From the IMG/VR virus record IMGVR_UViG_3300027996_000030, positions 1-63,422 of that record: 63,422 nucleotides of DNA. One strand, written 5' to 3'. How positions within the stretch are numbered: the stretch's first letter is position 1; every line of letters starts with the position of its first letter. Below the pieces are notes generated by a model. The model did not search any database, had not been told where the DNA came from, and saw only the letters and a list, made by a program, of their open reading frames with translations. Below, one piece after another: positions 47,298-55,620 of the stretch. The DNA comes from a virus. Taxonomy: Duplodnaviria; Caudoviricetes. The translations under genes and the position numbers were made by a program.

Positions 47298-47539
47298 GGA
47301 ACAGCCTCACGTCACAACGATCTTTCACAGCGATGGAACTAATCAAGGGTTGACCCACACCCTTCTGCCTCTCTCCCTCACAAGGGACACAGGAGACAAG
47401 AGGACGGGTCCACGGAGCCAGCCTTGGTTCACACTCACCTGACTCATCTAACTAGACATCCCAACCTGTGAGGGGGTCTAGGAGACAGGAGATGGAGTGG
47501 AACCAACAGGTCGGGTTCTTCAACCACGAGACAATCCTC

Positions 47540-47830
47540 AGCATCCTTCGACTGGGTGGACTCATATGAGTTCCCGAAGGGAGCACTCCTTAAAGGTAAT
47601 GATCTTTAGATCATTAGGTTTAGGAGTTGTAGGGAAACCGTAGGTTGACCGATTTAATATCAAGAACAAGATGAACAAGAATCTGAACACCACCACGAAC
47701 ACCAACACCGATACGAACAAGACCCATACGACCAGTAAGAACAATCACCATAGTAGTAAGACAACGAACACCACGAAGACAACGACTCCTGACTACAGCA
47801 CTGCGACCGAGAATCCTTAGTCTGTCTATT
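47540..47830. other. candidate replication origin / atypical non-coding region
   Basis: AT-rich stretch, palindrome 47597-47616, strongly A/C-skewed tract, near the strand switch. Confidence 0.4.
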
Positions 47831-47858
47831 CCTGTGTCTCCTGTGTAGGAGATCGATC

Positions 47859-48368
47859 ATGGGCAGGACTGACTATCGAGGGGGAAAAGCCCCTATCAAA
47901 ACGGCTGATGAGCTTGCCAGCCTGTTACCGATCCCTCTATTCCTGATTGTCTCGGGATATGCAGGACCGATTTATCCCAAGACGGATCGATCCAATCCCG
48001 CACCTGCTGTCGGCATTGTCGGCATAAAGACCCTGCCTGACTCTTTGAGGCCAAGGGTGAACCAGATCCTTCCTGTCTGGATTCATTGGACTCAGTGGCA
48101 GTCAGTCGTAGTCCCATTGATGGCTGATGAAAGAGTCACTGACTGGAGAGGGGTTCTCCGTGATCTCGGTGATGTGTTGTCGTTGCCTGTGGATGTTTAT
48201 GGGCCAGACGGGACGATCCCCTATGAAGCGGGAGCCACTGTTGGCGACCTTCGATCCTCGACTCGGATTCCAGGGGGGTTGTACGCACCTCGCTGTGGAG
48301 ACGCCTTGGATCTCGTACTCCAATACAGCCTCTTGATCCATGAGCAGGCGGAGTCGGCTGGATTCTGA
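47859..48368 (+). CDS. hypothetical protein
   Basis: AGGAG RBS, 169 aa. Confidence 0.6.
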   Translation: MGRTDYRGGKAPIKTADELASLLPIPLFLIVSGYAGPIYPKTDRSNPAPAVGIVGIKTLPDSLRPRVNQILPVWIHWTQWQSVVVPLMADERVTDWRGVLRDLGDVLSLPVDVYGPDGTIPYEAGATVGDLRSSTRIPGGLYAPRCGDALDLVLQYSLLIHEQAESAGF

Positions 48369-48376
48369 CTCGGAAA

Positions 48377-48405
48377 GGGGGTCAACCTCCCGCGCTTGTC
48401 GGGTA
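48377..48405 (+). promoter_or_regulatory. putative middle promoter GGGGGTCA-N15-CGGGTA
   Basis: Plus-strand copy heading the holB-MTase-holA operon. Confidence 0.7.
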
Positions 48406-48429
48406 TCTGTCTCCTATGAGGGAGAGGCT

Positions 48430-48594
48430 ATGGCGGAGAGTCAGATTGGAAAGGTTGTCTGGATCGCTTGTCGAGCGGCACAGAGTTGCGAAGGCCAGCA
48501 ATGCACGGTCGAGATGATTCGGAAGATCAACGGTAGCCGGATGATTCGATACCGCTGTCTAAGCTGCAAGCACATCTTCTCGATCTTGTTCTGA
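48430..48594 (+). CDS. small zinc-ribbon protein
   Basis: ATG 48430 after GGAGAGG; CRAAQSC...YRCLSC. Confidence 0.65.
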   Translation: MAESQIGKVVWIACRAAQSCEGQQCTVEMIRKINGSRMIRYRCLSCKHIFSILF

Positions 48595-48788
48595 TGGGCA
48601 TGTACGAACGAAGCCCAGAAGGACGAACCGCTGCCGACCAACGGAGAACTGCGGAGTTGAAGGTCAAAACCATCGTGGCTTTGATGGCCTTGTTCTTCGT
48701 GGTGTCCACCCTGTCCTGTTGGGGGCACGTCATGTATGGCGACTGGGGCTGTGGATTCATTGAGTGTCGCGTTGTCGTGGATCGATAG
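48594..48788 (+). CDS. small membrane protein
   Basis: TGATG coupling, hydrophobic segment. Confidence 0.5.
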   Translation: MGMYERSPEGRTAADQRRTAELKVKTIVALMALFFVVSTLSCWGHVMYGDWGCGFIECRVVVDR

Positions 48789-49406
48789 ATGGGCACACCG
48801 ATCTTGTTTCATGGCCCTCTGGCCAGAGGGGAAGCTGTTGCCCACGCAGCACAGCTTGGCCGTCTTGTGTCGGAGCCAATCGGTGACGACGGCCTCAAGG
48901 TAGCAGACTCCCGGCTGATTGTGACCCTCTCCGAAGACGCTGGGGTGGGCGATAAACTGCCCGTCGTCATCGTGGGTCCGTTGGACCGGGCAACCCCGGA
49001 AGCTGGGGATGCTTTATTGAAGACCTTGGAGGATCTGACGGACGCCCCTTTGCAGATCGTTCTGTGGGCGGACTACCTCGGCGGGGTCATCGGCACGATT
49101 CGATCTCGATCCCTGGACAGATGGTGCCCCCCTGACGAGCGGTGGGTGTCACCCTTTGTGGACCAGTATGCAGAGGCGTTGTTCTCGGCGTGGGAGAAGC
49201 AGGACACAGCGGCTTGTCTAAGCGTCCTCTACGAACGCAAGAAGGATTGGCAGGCACTCATGCAGGGCTTCTGTGAGGTCATGGCGGAACGTGCTCCAGA
49301 GAAGCCTCAGACAGCCCGTGTGTGGCCTCTGCTTCGACCGCTACTCGACGGTAAGGGTTCCCATCTCAATGCGGCTACGGCGCTCTTGGAAGCCTTGGAG
49401 GTGTGA
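48789..49406 (+). CDS. holB: DNA polymerase III delta-prime-like clamp-loader subunit (short)
   Basis: EAGDALLKTLED and TIRSRS (SRC-like); no intact Walker A. Confidence 0.7.
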   Translation: MGTPILFHGPLARGEAVAHAAQLGRLVSEPIGDDGLKVADSRLIVTLSEDAGVGDKLPVVIVGPLDRATPEAGDALLKTLEDLTDAPLQIVLWADYLGGVIGTIRSRSLDRWCPPDERWVSPFVDQYAEALFSAWEKQDTAACLSVLYERKKDWQALMQGFCEVMAERAPEKPQTARVWPLLRPLLDGKGSHLNAATALLEALEV

Positions 49407-49409
49407 GGA

Positions 49410-50033
49410 ATGAGAGTGATCCACGTCCTACGCAAGCCCTTGTCTGAGGGAACCGTCGCCTCCAACGTGCTCAAGCACGGCTGTGGTGGGTTGAATATCG
49501 ACGCATCTCGGGTTGGAGCGACCGACTACTTTGGAGGCGGGTCGAAAATGTCGAGCAGTGGTCATACTCTGTCCAAGTTTGATCCTTATGAGAAGGGATC
49601 GGGATGGGTCGCAGGTTCGGTATCGGGTCGATGGCCTGCCAACGTGATCCTCCAGCACCACGACGGCTGTCGGTGTGAAGGTACGAAGAAGGTCAAGGGG
49701 ACCGGCCCACGGGCAGGCGGTTCCGGGTCAAGGTTCAACGACCCCGGCAACCTGCTTTCAAGCAAAGGGCATGAAGGTGTCCGAACCAATCACGAGGGAC
49801 ACGCAGACAAGGACGGCACCGAAACGGTAGCCAACTGGATCTGCGAACCGGGGTGTCCCGTAAAGGTGTTGGATGAACAAAGCGGAGATCGTCCGAGCGG
49901 CGGATCACCCACCAAGCATGACCGCAGGGTTGGGATCTACGAGGATGGGTTGAAGCAACGGATGATCACGCCGTACAAAGACACTGGAGGAGCCTCCCGG
50001 TTCTTCAAGCAAGTAGGAGACTCGCATGAGTAA
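49410..50033 (+). CDS. DNA amino-methyltransferase middle segment as a separate gene
   Basis: RKPLSEGTVASNVLKHGCGGLNIDASRV...GRWPANVI...GASRFF. Confidence 0.75.
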   Translation: MRVIHVLRKPLSEGTVASNVLKHGCGGLNIDASRVGATDYFGGGSKMSSSGHTLSKFDPYEKGSGWVAGSVSGRWPANVILQHHDGCRCEGTKKVKGTGPRAGGSGSRFNDPGNLLSSKGHEGVRTNHEGHADKDGTETVANWICEPGCPVKVLDEQSGDRPSGGSPTKHDRRVGIYEDGLKQRMITPYKDTGGASRFFKQVGDSHE

Positions 50034-51001
50034 AGGAGATTCAGTCCGTAGGGCTGTTCAGACCCTCCGTCTCCGACCTGTTCGGCTTGTAGGAGGACGG
50101 GATGCAGGATCACACCAACTGGCTCAACGCTTCCTTCACTGCACCTTCCGGGTCGGCCTTGAAGTCTTGCTCCCAGACCTCGATCAACGGGATGCCCCTC
50201 TGATGCAACGCCTCGCTCTTTCGTTGGTATCTGGATGCCGTGCGTGCCTGCGAAGCATGGACAGGGCCGTTCGGGTACTTGCGGGGATCGGCGTGCCAGT
50301 AGGTTCCGTTGACCTCCAACGCCGCGCCGTGGTCGGTGAGGTAGTAGTCGATGACGCCGATGAACCGACCAGCGGAGTCACGGATGGCATGTTGGTGGTC
50401 GTAGGGGATGCCCAGAGAGTCCAACACCTCCCCCACGGCAATCTCCAGTTGGGACACCCGATTGATCCTCCCCTCGGCAATCGCTTTGGTGACGCCGATG
50501 CTGATCTTTGCTCTCACCTCGGGAGGGCACCCCTCGGTCCACCCCGGCTTGCCCGAAGGCCATCGCACGGGAACCTTCCCTGTACGACCTTTCACAGCCG
50601 CCCAGCGGACGGCATTGACCTCTCGCATCCTTTCCGCTTGCGCGACACGCACGGAGCCGGGGATGTTGTAGGGGGTCGTGACCTCACGACCCACAAGCCC
50701 CGTGGAGCGAGCCTTGTAATGGCACTCGCGGGAGCACAGAAGCGCCCCACTCTTTGCCTTCACATGAGAGGGGCTGCGGCTGACAGGCTGTCCGCACACA
50801 CCACACGGACCCGTGACCTTCCTGTCCTTCTTCGCTCCCCGGAGAGCGTAGGAGCACTTGCGGGAGCACGTTGTCTGCCGCCCATGCTTCAACCGCTTGG
50901 GGTCGGCTTTGTAGACGACGGAGCAGACCGGACACATTCTTTCAATCATTGGAGACTCGCATGAGTAAAGGAGATTCAGTCCGTAGGGCTGTTCAGACCC
51001 T
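50016..51001. mobile_element. endonuclease cassette flanked by a 51-bp direct repeat (50016-50066, 50951-51001)
   Basis: ggagactcgcatgagtaaaggagattcagtccgtagggctgttcagaccct identical at both positions. Confidence 0.8.
50110..50949 (-). CDS. DUF559/Vsr-like homing-type endonuclease with Cys-rich DNA-binding repeats
   Basis: CPVC..CSRKC, CGVC..CSREC; IDYYL..ALEVNGTYWH; IEVWE. Confidence 0.8.
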   Translation of the reverse strand: MIERMCPVCSVVYKADPKRLKHGRQTTCSRKCSYALRGAKKDRKVTGPCGVCGQPVSRSPSHVKAKSGALLCSRECHYKARSTGLVGREVTTPYNIPGSVRVAQAERMREVNAVRWAAVKGRTGKVPVRWPSGKPGWTEGCPPEVRAKISIGVTKAIAEGRINRVSQLEIAVGEVLDSLGIPYDHQHAIRDSAGRFIGVIDYYLTDHGAALEVNGTYWHADPRKYPNGPVHASQARTASRYQRKSEALHQRGIPLIEVWEQDFKADPEGAVKEALSQLV

Positions 51002-51659
51002 TCGCTTGCGGCACGGCGACTGCGTTGAGGTCTTGAAGGAACTTGACGAAGCCAGTGTCGGAGCGTTGGTGTCTGATCCGCCCTACGGATAGTACCACGG
51101 CCTTGAGTTCATGGGCAAAAAATGGGACCGTCTCGACTGGACGGACGGGGGTGGCATGATGGGTGTCGGCATGGGAGGCCGGGAGATTCCTTGGCCGTCC
51201 TACTCTGGCACCGGAGCAGCGGGCACCGCGAACGCGACCTGTGCGACCTGTGCTGGTCGGATGCGAGGTGGGAACAAGTGTTCCTGCGACAAGCCCGATT
51301 GGCGGGTGAAGGGACAACCTCTCAACCTGTCGGCCAACGCGGAAAGGATGCGTAAGCAGCAGGACTCACATCGCATCTGGCTCACCGAGGCGTACCGTGT
51401 CCTTCGACCAGGGGGTGTGATCAAGGCGTTCTCTGGCACGAGGACGTTTCACCGGATGACCGCAGCGATGGCCGAGGTTGGGTTCGTTGATATGTCAGTT
51501 TCTTGCTGGGTTTACGGTTCTGGATTCCCAAAATCTATGAACATCGGCAAGGCACTGGACAAGGCATCCGCTACCGAAGCAGCCCAACAGTGGACCGGCT
51601 ATGGCACCGCCTTGAAACCTAGTTGGGAACCTGTTTGTGTGGGGAGAAAGCCAGAATGA
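50961..51659 (+). CDS. DNA N6/N4 methyltransferase catalytic segment with in-frame TAG at 51090-51092
   Basis: HGDCVEVLKEL..VSDPPYG*YHGLEFMGKKWD...RVLRPGG...GSGFPKS...GTALKPSWEP. Confidence 0.75.
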
Positions 51660-52666
51660 GAATCGCATGGAAAACCAAGGGACCGCCCCCGGTGATGATG
51701 GTGTCGGGTGACGATTATTTCTTGCGGCGTCGTGCTGTGCGCCACCACGTCATGCAGGCACACAAGAACGGCTACGAGGTTGTCCATGCGGGGTCCGATG
51801 GCGAAGTCATCGACACCATCTCGATGGGATCGACGTTTGGACAGCCAACGCTGATCATCGTGGGTCCAAAGGATTTGACCGTTGAGACGGTCGAGGCGTT
51901 GATCGCAGATGCGCCTCCCAAGGTCAGCATTCTCATTGAGGTGGTTGGCACGCTGAATGAGAAGAAGATGCCTTCTACGGCCCTGGTTCACGGAGCCTAT
52001 CAGATCGCCTTTGATCTCCCAGTCAAGAGAAAACTGGTTGCAACGCGAGCGGCCAAGTTTGCTGCACACGAAGCGGACTCACTTTTTAACGCCAAAGGGA
52101 CACTGAACGAGAAGTTGGCTCAGGCTGTCGTCCGTGCGGTCGGAACGGATCTTGGAACGATCTCCTTTGAGATCCTGAAAGCGGTGGCACTGGTGAAGTC
52201 CCGTGGGGAGGCTCCGGTGATCACGGTGGGTGTTCTCCGTACAACGCTGCGGGCTTCAGCGGCGGCGGACATGCAACCGCTTCGGGACGCTCTTGCCTTT
52301 GCCGACGAGATCGGCAGCGCGAAGGCGTTGGACAAGATCCACAAGAAATCCGTGTCTGACCCGACAATGCTCTTGCTTCGGGCGCGAGGTGGCCCCGCTG
52401 ATCTCGCGTATCAATGGCTTCGATGTTCGCTGATGTTGGAGCGCGGTTTTGATGCTCCCGCCATCGCATCCTCTATCGGTGCTCCCGAGTGGGCCGTGGG
52501 CCGCGAGATCATCCCCGCTGCAAAACGCTGGGGAAAAGAAAACTTGATGAATCTTGTGCGGGACCTCGCACATGCAGATCGCGGCGTTCTGCACGGAGTC
52601 CCCTCCCCGTGGGTAGCCTGTGAAACTGCCTTGCTCCGAGGCTGCCGTTCGGTAGCGAACCGATAG
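51656..52666 (+). CDS. holA: DNA polymerase III delta subunit-like
   Basis: VSGDDYFLRR, VGTDLGTISFEILK, C-terminal collar helices; ATGA coupling. Confidence 0.7.
   Translation: MRIAWKTKGPPPVMMVSGDDYFLRRRAVRHHVMQAHKNGYEVVHAGSDGEVIDTISMGSTFGQPTLIIVGPKDLTVETVEALIADAPPKVSILIEVVGTLNEKKMPSTALVHGAYQIAFDLPVKRKLVATRAAKFAAHEADSLFNAKGTLNEKLAQAVVRAVGTDLGTISFEILKAVALVKSRGEAPVITVGVLRTTLRASAAADMQPLRDALAFADEIGSAKALDKIHKKSVSDPTMLLLRARGGPADLAYQWLRCSLMLERGFDAPAIASSIGAPEWAVGREIIPAAKRWGKENLMNLVRDLAHADRGVLHGVPSPWVACETALLRGCRSVANR
52650..52664 (+). promoter_or_regulatory. putative late-type promoter CGGTAG-cgaa-CCGAT
   Basis: Variant copy upstream of nrdA. Confidence 0.45.
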
Positions 52667-52759
52667 ACCTTACCTATACAAGTGGCCCCCACCTCACCGT
52701 AAACCGAACGACGAGGAGCGCCGCGTAGCCGCTGGAACCCTACAGACAGGACATTAGAT

Positions 52760-54652
52760 ATGAAAGACCACGCGCTTGCAGAAACAGACAGGCTAACTGA
52801 TTTATTGTGGCGCGATTCGGACCTTCAGAGGGTGATCGACAACTCCTCGGATGAGATTTTTTTAGCTGAGGTTCCCTCCCAGGAGGTGTGTCACGGCGTT
52901 CAAATCGACCGTAGCCGAGACGAGCGGTTGACCGGGTTCGCTATGGACCTTTTGGGTGCTTACTACATGAGTAATGACGAGACTTCGCCTCAAGAGGCTT
53001 TCGCTCGTGCCGCCGTTGCTTACTGCGATGGTGATCTGAACTTTGCCCAGCGCATCTATGATTACGCATCGAAGGGCTGGTTCATGTTCGCCAGCCCTGT
53101 CTTGAGCAACGCCCCGGCTCCGGGCCAAAAGTGGAAGGCGTTGCCTGTCTCGTGTTTTTTGACCTTCGTGCCTGACACCCTGGACGGTCTGATCGCACAC
53201 ACGGCGGAGCTTCGATGGCTCTCTGTGAAGGGCGGCGGTGTCGGAGGCCATTGGTCGTCTGTTCGTTCGGTGAGCGGCAAGAGTCCCGGTCCCATTCCGT
53301 TCTTGAAGACCGTCGATGCTGACATGACGGCGTACCGACAAGGGACCACCCGGAAGGGCAGCTACGCGGCATACATCGACATCAGCCATCCAGACGTGCT
53401 GGAGTTCCTTCAAATGCGTCTGCCCACGGGTGGGGATCCCAATCGCAAGTGCCTCAATCTCCACAACGCCATCAACGTCAGTGATGCGTTCATGGAAGCG
53501 TGTCTGGAAGATCGAGAATGGAACCTGACGGATCCGGCTGACGGAGAAATCCGTGACACCATGCCCGCCCGTGATCTCTTCCAACGCATCTTGGAGGTCC
53601 GCAGCCGTACCGGTGAGCCATACCTGAATTTCATCGACACAGCGAACCGGGCGATGCCAGAACCGTTGAAGAAGCTGGGCTTGAAAATACATGGTTCAAA
53701 TCTCTGCAACGAGATCCACTTGCCCACATCGGTGGACCGAACAGCCGTGTGTTGTCTGAGCAGCCTCAATCTTGCGCTGTTCGACGAATGGAAGGACACC
53801 CCGCTGGTCCGTGATCTCATTCGGATGCTGGACAACGTGCTCCAGGTGTTCATCGACAATGCTCCTGATGAACTGACCCGTGCCAAGTACAGCGCGACCC
53901 GTGAACGGTCTTTGGGTTTGGGGGGCATGGGCTTCCACGCCTACCTTCAGAAACACATGATCCCGTGGGAGAGTGCGTCGGCAAAAGGGTTGAACCTCCA
54001 GGTTTTCCAGCACATCCAGACCGAGGCGGTGTCCGCGACGGCTGCCCTCGCTGTCGAGAAGGGCGAATATCCTGACGGGATCGGGTCCGGTCGCCGCAAC
54101 GCGCACCTTCTCGCCATCGCTCCGAATGCCAACTCGTCTATCTTGCTGGGCATTAGCCCCAGCATCGAACCGTGGAAGTCAAACGCCTATACGCACAGAA
54201 CAAGAGCCGGATCTCATCAGGTGAGGAATCCGGCTCTCGTCGATTTGTTGGATGAGCGTATCTCTGATCCCGTGGAGCGGGAAACGGTGTGGTCCAGCAT
54301 CACGACCAACGCAGGCTCCGTTCAACACCTCGACGATGCCTTGATGGATGACTGGGAAAAGTCGGTGTTCAAGACTGCGTTTGAGCTTGATCAACGGTGG
54401 GTCGTGAGCCATGCGGCAGATCGTCAGCCGTTCATCTGTCAGGGACAGTCGGTCAATCTGTTCTTCCCGGCTGGCTCTGATCGGCACTACGTCCTGATGA
54501 CCCACATCAAGGCATGGAAAGAGGGCCTGAAGGGCCTTTACTACTTGCGTACCAGCGCAGGCGTCGATGCTGACAAGGTCAGTGTGAAGGTCGAGCGGGT
54601 AGCTTTGAAGGACTACGTTGAAACCGAGGAGTGTCTGTCATGCCAGGGTTAA
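52760..54652 (+). CDS. nrdA: class Ia ribonucleotide reductase alpha subunit (no ATP cone)
   Basis: SPVLSNA, SCF, GGGVG, SNLCNEI, APNANSS, LYY, C-terminal CLSCQG. Confidence 0.95.
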   Translation: MKDHALAETDRLTDLLWRDSDLQRVIDNSSDEIFLAEVPSQEVCHGVQIDRSRDERLTGFAMDLLGAYYMSNDETSPQEAFARAAVAYCDGDLNFAQRIYDYASKGWFMFASPVLSNAPAPGQKWKALPVSCFLTFVPDTLDGLIAHTAELRWLSVKGGGVGGHWSSVRSVSGKSPGPIPFLKTVDADMTAYRQGTTRKGSYAAYIDISHPDVLEFLQMRLPTGGDPNRKCLNLHNAINVSDAFMEACLEDREWNLTDPADGEIRDTMPARDLFQRILEVRSRTGEPYLNFIDTANRAMPEPLKKLGLKIHGSNLCNEIHLPTSVDRTAVCCLSSLNLALFDEWKDTPLVRDLIRMLDNVLQVFIDNAPDELTRAKYSATRERSLGLGGMGFHAYLQKHMIPWESASAKGLNLQVFQHIQTEAVSATAALAVEKGEYPDGIGSGRRNAHLLAIAPNANSSILLGISPSIEPWKSNAYTHRTRAGSHQVRNPALVDLLDERISDPVERETVWSSITTNAGSVQHLDDALMDDWEKSVFKTAFELDQRWVVSHAADRQPFICQGQSVNLFFPAGSDRHYVLMTHIKAWKEGLKGLYYLRTSAGVDADKVSVKVERVALKDYVETEECLSCQG

Positions 54653-55614
54653 TGGATTACAGCGTGGCATATCGCCCTTTCAAGTACCCTTGGGCGATGG
54701 ATGCCACGGAAGCACACGAGAAGATTCATTGGGGCACCTGGGAGGCAGAACTCCAGGAGGACGTAAAGCAGTGGAAGGCTGGTGATCTCACGGTGGTGGA
54801 GAAATCCCACATCACCCAGATCCTTCGGTTGTTCACGCAGAGCGATGTCCAAGTCGGAGGCAATTATTGCGACCTGTTCATCCCGAAGTTCAAGAACAAC
54901 GAGATCAGGAACATGCTCCTGAGCTTCGCCAACCGAGAAGGTGTCCACCAGCGAGCCTATGCCTTGCTCAATGACACCCTTGGATTGGCCGAGTCCGAGT
55001 ATTGGGCGTTCTTGGAGTTTGAGGAGCTTGCCGCCAAGATTGAGTTCATGCAGGACAACGACGTGTCCACGAAGTCAGGTCTGGGCAAGGCTCTTGCTCA
55101 GAGCGTGTGCAACGAGGGCATGAGTCTGTTCAGCGCGTTCGTGATGCTGCTTAACTACCAGCGGTATGGGAAGATGAAGGGCATGTGTACCGTCGTCGAG
55201 TGGAGCATCCGAGACGAGACGCTGCATGTTCAGAACATGGCCCGCCTGTTCCGGGTCTACTGTGACGAGCACCCGCGCATTGTCCGTGACGACTTCAAAA
55301 AAGACATCTACACCATGTACGAGACTGCGGTGGACCTTGAGGACAAGGTGATCGACCTCGCGTACAAGGTTGGCCCTGTCGAGGGTCTGACTGCGGGCGA
55401 GATGAAGCAGTACATCCGGTACATGGCAGACCGTCGCCTCAATCAGATCGGCTTCAAGGCCATCTACGGCATTGAAAGCAATCCGTTGCCGTGGCTCGAT
55501 TGGGTGCTCAATGGCGACACCATGAGCAACTTCTTTGAGAAGCGGGTCACCGACTATTCAGCATCGGCGTTCACAGGGACGTGGGGCTGGGATGGTGAGG
55601 CTGCGGCCAAGTAG
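54640..55614 (+). CDS. nrdB: class Ia ribonucleotide reductase beta subunit
   Basis: PFKYPWA, EGVHQRAY, EGMSLFSAF, RDETLH, NFFEKRVTDY. Confidence 0.95.
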   Translation: MPGLMDYSVAYRPFKYPWAMDATEAHEKIHWGTWEAELQEDVKQWKAGDLTVVEKSHITQILRLFTQSDVQVGGNYCDLFIPKFKNNEIRNMLLSFANREGVHQRAYALLNDTLGLAESEYWAFLEFEELAAKIEFMQDNDVSTKSGLGKALAQSVCNEGMSLFSAFVMLLNYQRYGKMKGMCTVVEWSIRDETLHVQNMARLFRVYCDEHPRIVRDDFKKDIYTMYETAVDLEDKVIDLAYKVGPVEGLTAGEMKQYIRYMADRRLNQIGFKAIYGIESNPLPWLDWVLNGDTMSNFFEKRVTDYSASAFTGTWGWDGEAAAK

Positions 55615-55620
55615 CTTTGG

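Noticed and set aside
47562-47744. Hydrophobic 60-aa ORF (holin-like)
   Set aside because: Hydrophobicity follows from the G/T-rich skew of the minus strand; no convincing RBS
50026-50964. 312-aa plus ORF as a functional protein
   Set aside because: Only the first ~15 residues are MTase-derived; the rest is the codon-mirrored antisense of the endonuclease. It may be translated but is unlikely to be a real product
51090-51092. Genome-wide amber (TAG) reassignment
   Set aside because: Many genes (sheath, recD2, nrdB, 852-aa gene) end at TAG at natural C-termini, and long genes are open in the standard code
52760-55614. Intron or intein in nrdA/nrdB (also considered for recA, dnaX, recD2)
   Set aside because: Continuous ORFs of ordinary length with no intein splice motifs noticed
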